Notes: generated by a model not told the origin, from the letters alone. Positions 36,070 through 45,919 are shown, counted from the stretch's first letter. The stretch is 64,000 bases of DNA from a virus (IMGVR_UViG_3300023184_000076:1-64000); one strand, 5' to 3'. Translations and numbers: made by a program.

Positions 36070-36243
36070 ATGGAAGAAGAAACATACAACAAAACAGAAG
36101 CAACCCAAGTTACAGGTTGTAGAAAATGTAATCAAACCACAGGGAAAACACAAAAATTTGTTTTTATTACCGGTGGTATCATGTTTGCATTATCAATATA
36201 TGGGGCGGTTTCCTTATATAAAGACATTATGTCTTTATTTTAA
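36070..36243 (+). CDS. small membrane protein (57 aa, ...CRKCNQ...FVFITGGIMFALSIYGAVSLY), not in track
   Basis: Own translation. Confidence 0.3.
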   Translation: MEEETYNKTEATQVTGCRKCNQTTGKTQKFVFITGGIMFALSIYGAVSLYKDIMSLF

Positions 36244-37148
36244 GGTCTATCAAACCTAACAATCTGATTAATTAAAAGATCACCAATTTGTCCTGCTCTA
36301 AACCCTTTACCTTTAACTCTCAAAGGTTTTGAGGAATCAAAAAATTTAGGTAATTTAATATTTAATTCACCATCAGGATGAGGTATGTTGATATCCTCTT
36401 TCATAAGATCTTCATAGTTCAAGTAAGAATTATATATTAAATGTGGACCATTCTTAAAGAAACCATTTTCTTCCACTAAATTAATCCTTATTACCAAATC
36501 CCCGAACCTACCACTTCTAAAATCACCAACACCTGACATTTTTATGAACTGACCATCCTCAATCCCATGTGGTATTTTAACTTCAACTGTTTTCATTTCA
36601 TCTTTAGTCTCTGATCCATTACAAGCATAACAAGCATTTATGGTGATTTTACCTGTACCAGAACAAGTATCACAACTCATATTAACAACTTGTATAAACA
36701 TACCTGTACCCACTTGTCTCATTACACTACCAACACCGTCACAGGTTGTACATACTTTCTTTTCACCTCCCGTACCACCACAAGAATTACAATTAGTTTT
36801 TCTCTTATATGTTATTTGTTTGTTTCTACTTAAAAATGAATCCAACACACCTATGTTAACCGTTATAACACTACTGTGATTATCCTGTCTTTGTCGTTGT
36901 TGATTGAACGAATGAAACATATCGGCAAAATTACCACCAAATGGGTTATTCCGTTGATTATCGTATTGTTTTCGTTTACTTTCGTCTCCAATCGTATCAT
37001 AAGCGGCTGAGATCTTTTTAAACATCTCACCATCCCCACCTTTATCTGGATGATTTTCTTTGGCTAGGTTTCTATACGCCTTCTTAATGTCTTCTTGCGT
37101 CGCCTTTTCATCAACACCTAAAACCTCATAATAGTTATCATTATTCAT
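36240..37148 (-). CDS. dnaJ: DnaJ/Hsp40 co-chaperone
   Basis: J-domain with HPD (DYYEVLGV...HPDK), four CxxCxGxG zinc-finger repeats, C-terminal domain. Confidence 0.9.
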   Translation of the reverse strand: MNNDNYYEVLGVDEKATQEDIKKAYRNLAKENHPDKGGDGEMFKKISAAYDTIGDESKRKQYDNQRNNPFGGNFADMFHSFNQQRQRQDNHSSVITVNIGVLDSFLSRNKQITYKRKTNCNSCGGTGGEKKVCTTCDGVGSVMRQVGTGMFIQVVNMSCDTCSGTGKITINACYACNGSETKDEMKTVEVKIPHGIEDGQFIKMSGVGDFRSGRFGDLVIRINLVEENGFFKNGPHLIYNSYLNYEDLMKEDINIPHPDGELNIKLPKFFDSSKPLRVKGKGFRAGQIGDLLINQIVRFDRP

Positions 37149-37181
37149 TTATAAAAAAAAATTAATATACTTAATTAAAGA

Positions 37182-37829
37182 GTGATCAATATTATGAACT
37201 ATTTAATCGTACTATTCAAAAATAAAGAAAGAAAAAAAATAATAAAGTCGTTTAAGACTTACGAGAACGCTAAAAAGTTCTACGATGGTAAAATAGTAGG
37301 TAATAAAGACATTAGATTCAACACCTTATTTGAAAACGGTAAATCCTGTTCATTTGAAATTGGTTTACTTGAAAAGTATTCTAAAAATTTTGATTCCTAC
37401 TTTATTAAAGATGAACTAGGTCGCCAAATAAAAGTGGACTTGGATAATAGTGATTATACAATACTTTCTGTTTCTGAATTATTAATGGAGGAATTAATTT
37501 ACGATATACAAACCTCATCTAAAATTTCATTTGATAAGTTTGTTAAAACCTATCTACCTAAAGATGGGTTGAAACTTGTATCTAAAATTAACAATAAGAT
37601 TGTGGTTCAAAATGACGATAAGTTTAATTGTTTCTCTTTGAAGTCTGTTAATGAATCTGGTAGGTTCCTTGACGTATTAGGTAAATTTCTACAGGATAAA
37701 AATAGAATGGATTGTATATTGGTTCCTGACTCAAGTAAGTCACAAAAGAAATACATTTATGATATTTTAGAAAAAGGGGGGATCCCTAAATCAAAGTTGT
37801 ATAGGACTTATACAACATATAAAAGATAA
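37182..37829 (+). CDS. hypothetical protein (215 aa)
   Basis: ORF. Confidence 0.55.
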   Translation: MINIMNYLIVLFKNKERKKIIKSFKTYENAKKFYDGKIVGNKDIRFNTLFENGKSCSFEIGLLEKYSKNFDSYFIKDELGRQIKVDLDNSDYTILSVSELLMEELIYDIQTSSKISFDKFVKTYLPKDGLKLVSKINNKIVVQNDDKFNCFSLKSVNESGRFLDVLGKFLQDKNRMDCILVPDSSKSQKKYIYDILEKGGIPKSKLYRTYTTYKR

Positions 37830-38153
37830 TTATTTTAAATAATTTTTTAATAATCTTTTAATAAAACCTTCTTTTTTAACAACAATAGGTTCTTCAATTG
37901 GTTCTTCAATTGGTTTTTCTTCTTCATATGAATTTTCTAATATGAAAATTACCTCAACACCTGAAAGATCAATTTTAAATTTAGTATAGTTACTATCAAT
38001 TTCTCTAAAGTTTTTTTGGACTTCTTTAAAATCAACTTCCGGTAATTCAAACACTATTGCCGTTTTACCATTTGGAAATAAAGATTGGGTGGCATCTGTA
38101 ATCATTGCCAATTTTTCCATTACCCCAACAATACTTTCTTTATTCTCTTCCAT
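37830..38153 (-). CDS. hypothetical protein (107 aa)
   Basis: ORF. Confidence 0.45.
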   Translation of the reverse strand: MEENKESIVGVMEKLAMITDATQSLFPNGKTAIVFELPEVDFKEVQKNFREIDSNYTKFKIDLSGVEVIFILENSYEEEKPIEEPIEEPIVVKKEGFIKRLLKNYLK

Positions 38154-38320
38154 AATGTCATTTTCTCAACATTGACTTTTACAATGTCTTCTTTCTTTAA
38201 TTGTTTGATTTGGTTGATATACTTACTTTTATTTATTTCAACCTCTAACCTATCTTTCTCCAATTCATTATTCAACCACTCAATTTGAGTTTCTAACTGG
38301 GTCTGTATTTTCTTCTCCAT
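38120..38320 (-). CDS. small coiled-coil protein (66 aa)
   Basis: ORF, overlaps both neighbours slightly. Confidence 0.35.
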   Translation of the reverse strand: MEKKIQTQLETQIEWLNNELEKDRLEVEINKSKYINQIKQLKKEDIVKVNVEKMTLWKRIKKVLLG

Positions 38321-38708
38321 CTTCTAATTCAATTTTTTGATCATCGGAAATTTCAAATTTTAATGCTTGTAGATTATCTAAATTTTGTTTTTCAAAAATA
38401 GATTTTAACTCATTAACTTTGGTTTGGAACAGTTTATCCTTTTCCTCTCTTTCTTTATTATATTTAATAATGTTTCTGAGATTGTTAAAAATTTTTTCAA
38501 CCTCTTCTTCATTAAAGGTACTAACAAATGAAAAGAATCTTTTACCTGTTTCAGTAGATTCATTTTCTAATAACGTTTCTTCATCAACAAACTTTTTTGG
38601 TATTTTCCATGTGTTAGGAAAATGTATGTCAAATGAAAGATATGTTTTCAACTTTCTTACGGATTGTAAGTATGGTGATAAAGTATTAAATTCAGTAAAA
38701 AAACTCAT
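38280..38708 (-). CDS. hypothetical protein (142 aa)
   Basis: ORF. Confidence 0.5.
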   Translation of the reverse strand: MSFFTEFNTLSPYLQSVRKLKTYLSFDIHFPNTWKIPKKFVDEETLLENESTETGKRFFSFVSTFNEEEVEKIFNNLRNIIKYNKEREEKDKLFQTKVNELKSIFEKQNLDNLQALKFEISDDQKIELEDGEENTDPVRNSN

Positions 38709-38899
38709 AAAAAATTTTGTATTGTGTAAGTTATAACATAAGACAATGAAATACCTTGGAATAATATTTCCCTATTACTCATCACCAATCTTTCAGGTAA
38801 AGTTTGTAATAGGGAAAATATAAATTTTACAACAACTCTAAAAACTGACAGAGCTGAAAAAATGAACATAAATAGATATAAACTATCAATATTAGTCAT
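38705..38899 (-). CDS. small membrane protein (64 aa)
   Basis: ORF, hydrophobic. Confidence 0.4.
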   Translation of the reverse strand: MTNIDSLYLFMFIFSALSVFRVVVKFIFSLLQTLPERLVMSNREILFQGISLSYVITYTIQNFL

Positions 38900-39065
38900 T
38901 TTTCTTAGAATCTAAGATTTCACCTCTTAATGTTTGCAATAAAGCTTTTAATTCTTGAGATGTTTTTCTTGCTCTTGTTCCTGCACTTTTATTTCCTGCA
39001 AAAAATTTAGTTGTGTCAGCACTTAATAGTTCAACTAATGTTTTAATTTGTTCTAACGTTTCCAT
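38892..39065 (-). CDS. histone H1-like (Hc1-family) small basic nucleoid protein, 57 aa, not in ORF track
   Basis: Own translation METLEQIKTLVELLSADTTKFFAGNKSAGTRARKTSQELKALLQTLRGEILDSKKND; aligns with Chlamydia Hc1 N-terminal domain (...KAEKGNKAAAQRVRTESIKLEK...); ATGA overlap with next gene. Confidence 0.45.
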   Translation of the reverse strand: METLEQIKTLVELLSADTTKFFAGNKSAGTRARKTSQELKALLQTLRGEILDSKKND

Positions 39066-39129
39066 TTTTTAAATGTATTTTATTGTTTATGTAATTTAAT
39101 TATACCTCACTAATTTACCATAGTAAATA

Positions 39130-39597
39130 CTATAATACCAAATTTTTATCCAAACTTCTGTAAATATTAAGTATCATATCTAAATCAGATTGGGTGAATG
39201 GTTTATCTAAGTCAAACACATCTCTAAAGAAAACATTAATAGAATCTTTAATTTTTTTATCAACCTGATTATAATATATTTCAGAAAAAAATGATTGAAA
39301 GTGATCATAATGATCCCCCCGTTTGTTGAAGGTTATGTTTTCCAAATTAAAACTATCTATTGTTTTGTCCCAACACCAATCAAAGTGTTTATTCTTATCC
39401 TCTTCGGTCATCAATACTTTGGTTTCATTAAAACCATCGTCATCACCAAGATAAGTCTCTAAAATTAATTTATGTATGGATATAGAGAAATCATAATATA
39501 ATTCCATCTTCTCAGGAATGATATTGTTGATGTTAAACCAAATCTCAATATCCTCCTGTTTTAATTGTTTTGATATGTAGTTAAAAAAATTGTCCAT
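39130..39597 (-). CDS. hypothetical protein (155 aa)
   Basis: ORF. Confidence 0.5.
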   Translation of the reverse strand: MDNFFNYISKQLKQEDIEIWFNINNIIPEKMELYYDFSISIHKLILETYLGDDDGFNETKVLMTEEDKNKHFDWCWDKTIDSFNLENITFNKRGDHYDHFQSFFSEIYYNQVDKKIKDSINVFFRDVFDLDKPFTQSDLDMILNIYRSLDKNLVL

Positions 39598-39645
39598 AGA
39601 TTAATACCTATGGACAATGATAATACCTAATTATGTAATTGTAAA

Positions 39646-41238
39646 TTATTGAGTGTTTTTCTTATAAGACATTAAATTCATAATACGTGTAAAATCCTCA
39701 TTGATTTTTTGTTTTTTCTTTTCATCAATAGATTCTAACTTAGTCATAATTTTATCTCCCTCATTTTCACCTGATTTGTCAGTTACGACAGGTTGAGGTG
39801 CTTTATTGTAAGCCTTACGTTTAATTTTAGCCAATAAATTATCTTTTCTAATCTTATTTCTCTTCTCATTATTTGGTGTCTCAACTGCGTTTGCCCATTC
39901 AGGATTATTACCCGTTCTTGAAGACCCAACTACGTTGTCAGTTACCCAATCTTCATCAGGATGTATTTCATCGTAATCTAAGTTTTCTAAACCAGCAGCA
40001 GTGAAGTTATCAATATAATCTTCAATTGCTCCTGAAGCAACATAAGCTTTTTTATCCATTTTAGCCAATTCACCATTTCCTTTTGGAAAATGTTTTGGTG
40101 ACATTTCATATTCACCTTTAGATCCGTCTTTCAAATAATCTTTCATTTTTTTGGTCAAATCTTTCATATAACCTTCTTCATTTTTTTTTGACGTTTTAAT
40201 AGATCTTTCATATTCAGCATATCCAGCCGGTGTCTTACCTTTATTGAATTTACCTTCTTCTTTTAAAACAATATTTTCAATCATTTCTTCAAACTGGTTT
40301 TCATTAAATAAAAGTTTTTCTCTTTTACCATTTACTGCGGTTGTTAATTCATAGAACACATTTTCATTTACATCTTCTTTTTTTCTTAACATTTTGAAGT
40401 CCTGCGAATCCAATCTTCCATTTTTATTTTTATCCAATCTGCGTTGATTTCCGTAAAATTTTTCATCCAACTCACCTTCATCGGACGCATAAGTTGATAT
40501 TTCACCAAATCCAGGAAGAAAAAAACTATCGTCATCACTTTCATATTCATGTGACATATTTTTGATTTTATCAAAATGACCTTGATACCATTCTTTTGTT
40601 TTATCGTCCGTTGAATCTGTTTCGTATGAGTGTGCCTTAAATTTTTCACCATCACGTTTTCCTTTTAAAGTATGTTTTCCGTTATCTAACCAATTATGAA
40701 TAATTTCATCATCTTTTGTTCGGTTATGGGTATTTCTTGATTCAGCATCATCTTCTCTCATTTCGTGGTAAACACCTTCGTTCATGTCATCTTCAACATC
40801 TTTATGTCTGTCTTCACGAGATCTCATACCCATAGCATCTCTCATAGGAGTTTTAAATTTACCTTTATTAGCTCTGATAGCATCTCTCATAGGAGTTCTA
40901 AATTTACCTTTATGAGATCTAATGGCATCTCTCATAGGTGTTTTAAAATCCATTTCGTCATCTTCTTTCATTTCTCCACCACATTCAGAACATTCACCTT
41001 CTCTCATTTCACCACCACATTCATTACATTCTTGTGAGTCACCTTCGGACATATATCCACATTCGGAACATTCACCTTCTCTAACCATTCCACCACATTC
41101 TGAGCATTCAGCTTCTTCAACGTAGTCAAAAGAACTGCCAGGTTTGTTAAATTTTAATTTTCCCATAACTTCATTTGCCTTATCTTCTAAAGTTTCGTTG
41201 ATAAGTTTTTGAATTTTATTTTTTAAATAATTGTTCAT
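39646..41238 (-). CDS. Cys-repeat protein: 4x (E)GECSECGG zinc-ribbon-like motifs, 3x KTPMRDAIR..KGKF repeats, EF-hand-like loop DKNKNGRLDSQD
   Basis: Internal repeats visible at protein and DNA level (40820-40960). Confidence 0.55.
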   Translation of the reverse strand: MNNYLKNKIQKLINETLEDKANEVMGKLKFNKPGSSFDYVEEAECSECGGMVREGECSECGYMSEGDSQECNECGGEMREGECSECGGEMKEDDEMDFKTPMRDAIRSHKGKFRTPMRDAIRANKGKFKTPMRDAMGMRSREDRHKDVEDDMNEGVYHEMREDDAESRNTHNRTKDDEIIHNWLDNGKHTLKGKRDGEKFKAHSYETDSTDDKTKEWYQGHFDKIKNMSHEYESDDDSFFLPGFGEISTYASDEGELDEKFYGNQRRLDKNKNGRLDSQDFKMLRKKEDVNENVFYELTTAVNGKREKLLFNENQFEEMIENIVLKEEGKFNKGKTPAGYAEYERSIKTSKKNEEGYMKDLTKKMKDYLKDGSKGEYEMSPKHFPKGNGELAKMDKKAYVASGAIEDYIDNFTAAGLENLDYDEIHPDEDWVTDNVVGSSRTGNNPEWANAVETPNNEKRNKIRKDNLLAKIKRKAYNKAPQPVVTDKSGENEGDKIMTKLESIDEKKKQKINEDFTRIMNLMSYKKNTQ

Positions 41239-41260
41239 AGTTATTTTTATTTAATAAATA

Positions 41261-42037
41261 TCACATTAAATTCCTTTTTGACATCTCATTGAAGATTATT
41301 TCTTTTATGAAATCTTCATGAATTTGGTATCTATCTGATAAATCGTTTATTACTTTTGAAAGAGTCTCGTTTTCAAAGATTCTAAGTGCGTTAATATCCC
41401 CCTGATTACAATAAGGAAACTTTTTACACTTTTTCTTAACTTGAACAAACTTACCTCCAGGTATTTGTGTTTTACGTTTTGTTCCCCAATCTTTTTTGTT
41501 GGTTGACTTTGCCCATACCGAGGGTCCTGAGTATTGACCCGATGATGCCGATCCTGTGGCTTCTTTTGTTTCTCTTCTTGGTGTATTACCATGTTTTTTG
41601 TCCTGACATTTGCAGTTTTTCATACCACAAATCTTACAAACACTTTCTTTCATTTCACGACCAAATAATGGAGCCGAATAACCACCCGCACTACCTGACC
41701 CTGTCATTTCTTTTGTTTCTTCTTTATCGTTACCTTTTTTAGATTTAACGAATGAAAGTATTGAATTTAAAAAATCATTAATCTCTTCAGGATTTTTTAA
41801 TAATTTTTTTATCTCTCTTCTTATTGTTGTCTTATTAGTTTTTTTTTGTTTTGCCAATTCAAAAACCAATTTTAACCCATTAGAGTCTTTTAAATAATCT
41901 TGTGGAGCATCTCTTTTTTCCCCCTCATCATTTTCTTTAACATCTTTAAGACCTTTCAAAGCATTTGTTCTAGCCTCAGCATTACCCGAAGTCTGACTAG
42001 ATATCATATCTTTAATTTTTGCAGTTATCTCATCCAT
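41261..42037 (-). CDS. Cys-motif protein (CKICGMKNCKC ... CKKFPYCNQGD) with duplicated G/S-rich segments
   Basis: ORF; shares an N-terminal helix-rich region with 39646..41238. Confidence 0.5.
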   Translation of the reverse strand: MDEITAKIKDMISSQTSGNAEARTNALKGLKDVKENDEGEKRDAPQDYLKDSNGLKLVFELAKQKKTNKTTIRREIKKLLKNPEEINDFLNSILSFVKSKKGNDKEETKEMTGSGSAGGYSAPLFGREMKESVCKICGMKNCKCQDKKHGNTPRRETKEATGSASSGQYSGPSVWAKSTNKKDWGTKRKTQIPGGKFVQVKKKCKKFPYCNQGDINALRIFENETLSKVINDLSDRYQIHEDFIKEIIFNEMSKRNLM

Positions 42038-42282
42038 TATGAACTTCTAAATTTAGATTCCCAGAAACTTCTTTGGTGGAACATCATTGTGAAAAATTCT
42101 CTGAATGATTTCACAACTATATCTTTAATATCACCTTCTAGTTTACCTCTTTTTATGTCTTTAGAGACTTTAGCAATTAATTTATCTTCAAATTGTTTGG
42201 CAGTAGTAGATCCCAAGAAATCTTTCATTTCTTTTCTAATTAAAGTTTCAATTTCTTTTTTATCTGTTTGCGATAATGCCAT
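42037..42282 (-). CDS. hypothetical protein (81 aa)
   Basis: ORF. Confidence 0.45.
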   Translation of the reverse strand: MALSQTDKKEIETLIRKEMKDFLGSTTAKQFEDKLIAKVSKDIKRGKLEGDIKDIVVKSFREFFTMMFHQRSFWESKFRSS

Positions 42283-42692
42283 TATTGTGTTACTACTTGA
42301 TAGGTTAATGCTCCAATTAAAATGCCTGAGACTATTTCTATAATTACATTCTTTCTTCTTAATTTTTTGTTATCGGTAACTAAATTTTTATTTATTTTAT
42401 CAACGATATCAAATTTCTCATTTGTTTTTTGAATTATTGTATCACTCATCTTAACTTTATCTTCTAAATTCCCAATAATTCCTTGTTGAGCATCTATTTT
42501 TTTATTTAATTCAATAACTTCAGTTTCAGTTAATTTAAGGATTGCCGTTGTGGAATCTAATCTATTTAGATCCAACATAATTTGTTTACCAACACTATAA
42601 GGTAAACATATTTCAGTTGTGTCAACTTTTTTAATTTGACTAAATGATGTCAATGACACCAAAAGAAATAACATTGATATTATATTTTTCAT
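42282..42692 (-). CDS. secreted/periplasmic coiled-coil protein with C-terminal TM
   Basis: Bacteroidetes-type signal peptide MKNIISMLFLLVSLTSFSQ. Confidence 0.5.
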   Translation of the reverse strand: MKNIISMLFLLVSLTSFSQIKKVDTTEICLPYSVGKQIMLDLNRLDSTTAILKLTETEVIELNKKIDAQQGIIGNLEDKVKMSDTIIQKTNEKFDIVDKINKNLVTDNKKLRRKNVIIEIVSGILIGALTYQVVTQ

Positions 42693-42694
42693 AC

Positions 42695-43048
42695 TTAAAA
42701 TTTATATCTTGATCTTAATAAACTATCAACTTGTTTAGCATTAGCATCTTTAATCTCTTTCCCTTTTTGTTCGTAGTAATTATTTACCACTTCCTTCTTA
42801 ACTTTAATGTTAGATATTGTTGAATCAATTTTTTCAATCTCTTTTTTATATTCATTAATTGATTCATCTAATTTCTTTTGACTTTCAATCAACAAATTAA
42901 TGTCTTTATCTATTTGTTCTATTTTCTTTAGATCTTCTTTAGTCATACCATTTGATGGTGTCATTAAATCTAATATGAATAGATATACTATTATTGACCC
43001 AACAACAATTAAAATATACTTGAAATTATCATTTAAGAACTTTTTCAT
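42695..43048 (-). CDS. N-terminally TM-anchored coiled-coil protein
   Basis: TM helix ILIVVGSIIVYLFILDL then coiled coil. Confidence 0.5.
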   Translation of the reverse strand: MKKFLNDNFKYILIVVGSIIVYLFILDLMTPSNGMTKEDLKKIEQIDKDINLLIESQKKLDESINEYKKEIEKIDSTISNIKVKKEVVNNYYEQKGKEIKDANAKQVDSLLRSRYKF

Positions 43049-43644
43049 GACTCAGGAGTTTTCTTTCTTGATGCAATTACTTTAGACCACTTAGATTTGA
43101 ATTTCTCATAGTATTGTTTCAACTTATTTAAGAATTCTAAATAATCGTCATCAATCTTAGTCATTGTACCGTTTATGTATATACCATTTGTTTCTCCAAT
43201 TGAATAGAAAAACTCAACATCCAATTCAGTAATCTTACCTGACCACTCAACATTGTTTGAATATAGGTTTAATTTATTAAAGTCTACAATTTCAGATACC
43301 TCAGTAACAAAATCATCCATAGTTTCTTGGAACGCTTTCTTATCATCAGTAGTTAATTGTAGGTCTGATTTATCTTTACCATGAATAACAATAATACCAC
43401 CAGATATTCTATAACCCTTTGACTTGTCAGTTTTTACAACATCATCTTCTTTATTACCATCAGTTTCCTCAGGTTCCGCAGTCTCATATTCTTTAGGTTG
43501 ATCTTCGGTTGGTCCTTCCTCACCTTGTTCCAATATTAATCCGTGATTTTTTCTGATATGATTAATATCCTCAGTAATTAAATTTTTATTTAATAATTTT
43601 TTAGATGCCTCTATTAAATTTTTTATTTCATCGTGTCTATTCAT
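43045..43644 (-). CDS. hypothetical protein (199 aa)
   Basis: ORF. Confidence 0.5.
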   Translation of the reverse strand: MNRHDEIKNLIEASKKLLNKNLITEDINHIRKNHGLILEQGEEGPTEDQPKEYETAEPEETDGNKEDDVVKTDKSKGYRISGGIIVIHGKDKSDLQLTTDDKKAFQETMDDFVTEVSEIVDFNKLNLYSNNVEWSGKITELDVEFFYSIGETNGIYINGTMTKIDDDYLEFLNKLKQYYEKFKSKWSKVIASRKKTPES

Positions 43645-44242
43645 CTTCTATATTTTTTTTAAAATAATCAAAATCAAATGCCGGACTTAGATCCGTAACA
43701 TCTGTGGTGTAATTGCTTCTGGTAACAATACCATCAAATTGATTCACACCATTTACTTTAGTGTTATGTCCCACACATTTTTTACTAATGTTAAAATCTT
43801 CCATTAGTTTTTTACATATTAGTATGGTACTATCAATTTGAACTTCAGTATAAGGTTGCCATAAAAAATAATCCCTCCACTTACGCTCAAAAGCCTTTCC
43901 ATTATAAATATTACCAATCCAGTTAATGTATCTATTTTTTAATGGTTCTTTTTCTAACCAACCTAAATTTTCCAAAGAAACCGTAATTGACTTCTTAGAT
44001 ATGTTCTCATCTTTTATATACTTAGAATATTTTTTTGGTTCTAATAGCTCTATGATCTTACCATCACGGGTAACTATGTAGTTTGGTACTTTGTTATATT
44101 TTTTTCCATAACGATACTTTAGACCATTAATGTAGTCCACCGCAAATCTTGAGGTGTGAGATAAAATTATTTGAGTTTTACCTTTCTCCTCGCCTTCATA
44201 ATTGAAGTCCCCGAATTTTATGATATCTTCATCATTCATCAT
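43637..44242 (-). CDS. putative N-acetylmuramoyl-L-alanine amidase (amidase_2/PGRP-like), endolysin candidate
   Basis: IILSHTS, TVSLENLG and VGHNTKVNG segments resemble amidase_2 Zn-ligand regions; weak. Confidence 0.35.
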   Translation of the reverse strand: MMNDEDIIKFGDFNYEGEEKGKTQIILSHTSRFAVDYINGLKYRYGKKYNKVPNYIVTRDGKIIELLEPKKYSKYIKDENISKKSITVSLENLGWLEKEPLKNRYINWIGNIYNGKAFERKWRDYFLWQPYTEVQIDSTILICKKLMEDFNISKKCVGHNTKVNGVNQFDGIVTRSNYTTDVTDLSPAFDFDYFKKNIEDE

Positions 44243-45443
44243 TTTTTTTATATACTAATCTCTTAATACCATCATCAGTAGTTGTTGTAGTTATCGACTC
44301 ATCTCCAGTACCATTACTTTTCATATAGTATTCTTGATTCTCAAATAAATCATCATCAGATAACGGCTCCCAACTTTTTTCAACACTAATGGTTAAAGGT
44401 TCTCTTTGTACTATAGGTGCTTCAACAATTTTTTCTTCCTCCTCCTCTATATAATATGGTGTAAATGCTAATGCAGAAGGTTCATCATCATGTGATTCAG
44501 GAGATAATTTACCTTCTTCTCTTAGTTTTTTAACCCTTTCCCATACTTTTTTTACTTGGTCGGTACTTGGTCGGTACTTGGTCGGTACTTGGGGGGTAAC
44601 TTGGGGGGTAACTTGGGGGGTAACTTGGGGGGTAATACTTCCTTTTTTATTTTTTTTAAATGCTTGGTTAGTTGCAATAACTAAAGTAATTGCCAATGGA
44701 TCAAATACAAAAATTAAAAGTAAAATAAAAAGGTTCGCCACCTTCTTAACATCCCACCCTGAAATCTCACTAATATATTTAATAGATCCTAATTCGGTAC
44801 CTTCCAACTCCGCAGATTCCATATCAAGTATCTCAATATCTAATCTTGTAATACTATCATTCATACCATCAATACGAGTTGATACCTTATCCCTATTCTC
44901 TGTGGTCATTTTTAATTGATCTTCAAATGATTTACGGTTAGCATTATTTGCCCTTGTAATTAATTGACCTGTTTTTCTATCAACAGTTTGTGTTGTAGTA
45001 TTGTTAGATAAACCATCTCTTAACTTTGAAATATCTTTGTCTAAAAGGTCTTTTTCTTTTTGTAACTCATCTTTTATTTCTGTGAATCTTGTCTTCTTAA
45101 CTTCTATGTTTGCTATTTTTTTCTGACCAATCTCAAGTTTTGCAATATTCCCTTGAAACCCAGTGCTTAATAACCCATAGATCCCAAGTGAAGTAATTAA
45201 CGATAACGTCACAAGAGCAATTGTAAGATATACTTTTAACACTCCGTATGTTTCTTTCCACTTGTCGTGTAAGTATGTTGCAATCGCAATCTTAGATATC
45301 TCAAGAAATGAACCCATAATAATTACAGGTAACGCAACACCAACAAACACAACTGATAACCCCACCACACTGTAATAGGCTGCGGTTCCTGATAACCCAA
45401 GAGCACAAAATAATAAAAACCAAGGTAAAAATTTTTCTTTCAT
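44232..45443 (-). CDS. multi-TM membrane protein with coiled coil and (PQVT)4 repeat
   Basis: Three N-terminal TM helices, one TM before ITPQVTPQVTPQVTPQV. Confidence 0.55.
   Translation of the reverse strand: MKEKFLPWFLLFCALGLSGTAAYYSVVGLSVVFVGVALPVIIMGSFLEISKIAIATYLHDKWKETYGVLKVYLTIALVTLSLITSLGIYGLLSTGFQGNIAKLEIGQKKIANIEVKKTRFTEIKDELQKEKDLLDKDISKLRDGLSNNTTTQTVDRKTGQLITRANNANRKSFEDQLKMTTENRDKVSTRIDGMNDSITRLDIEILDMESAELEGTELGSIKYISEISGWDVKKVANLFILLLIFVFDPLAITLVIATNQAFKKNKKGSITPQVTPQVTPQVTPQVPTKYRPSTDQVKKVWERVKKLREEGKLSPESHDDEPSALAFTPYYIEEEEEKIVEAPIVQREPLTISVEKSWEPLSDDDLFENQEYYMKSNGTGDESITTTTTDDGIKRLVYKKNDE
44543..44640. repeat. tandem 11/12-nt repeats (ggtcggtactt x3; ggggggtaactt x3-4) encoding (PQVT)n
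   Basis: Direct inspection. Confidence 0.7.
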
Positions 45444-45492
45444 AGTAATTGTTATGTATTTATAAATATCAATATAAGGTATTTATATAATT

Positions 45493-45912
45493 ATGTCATT
45501 ACTTAGAGAATCAATACGTAAAGTTTTAATCTTAGAAAAGAAGATTGCACAGATAGTTACTACTATTGAAGTTACATTTAATTTAGAAGTGGATCGTATA
45601 CCTCACACCTATGAAAGATCCACACGGCCTGAATTAGAAAATACTGGATACAATCAAAGACCTATAGAAAGTAGGGAGATCAGAGAGATTATAATGATGG
45701 CTAAAACTGAAATAGCTGAAAAAATAATTAACCGTGAAATAAAGGAAGGTGAACGTTTTGTGATAAAGTCAGAAAAATGGGAATTAGCCATTCCTTTAGA
45801 CCCCATCCATGTGTCAGGTACAAATTGGATCTTACGAGTGTTTACCGTATTTAGAGAATCAAGAGAAAATCCATTTAGAGTTGGTAAGAACCAAATTGTA
45901 ATTTGGGTATAA
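45493..45912 (+). CDS. hypothetical protein (139 aa)
   Basis: ORF with terminator immediately downstream. Confidence 0.55.
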   Translation: MSLLRESIRKVLILEKKIAQIVTTIEVTFNLEVDRIPHTYERSTRPELENTGYNQRPIESREIREIIMMAKTEIAEKIINREIKEGERFVIKSEKWELAIPLDPIHVSGTNWILRVFTVFRESRENPFRVGKNQIVIWV

Positions 45913-45919
45913 AAATAAA

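Noticed and set aside
44543-44640. Short perfect tandem repeats that could be mistaken for a CRISPR-like or iteron array
   Set aside because: In-frame within a long ORF, no spacers; they encode a (PQVT)n peptide repeat
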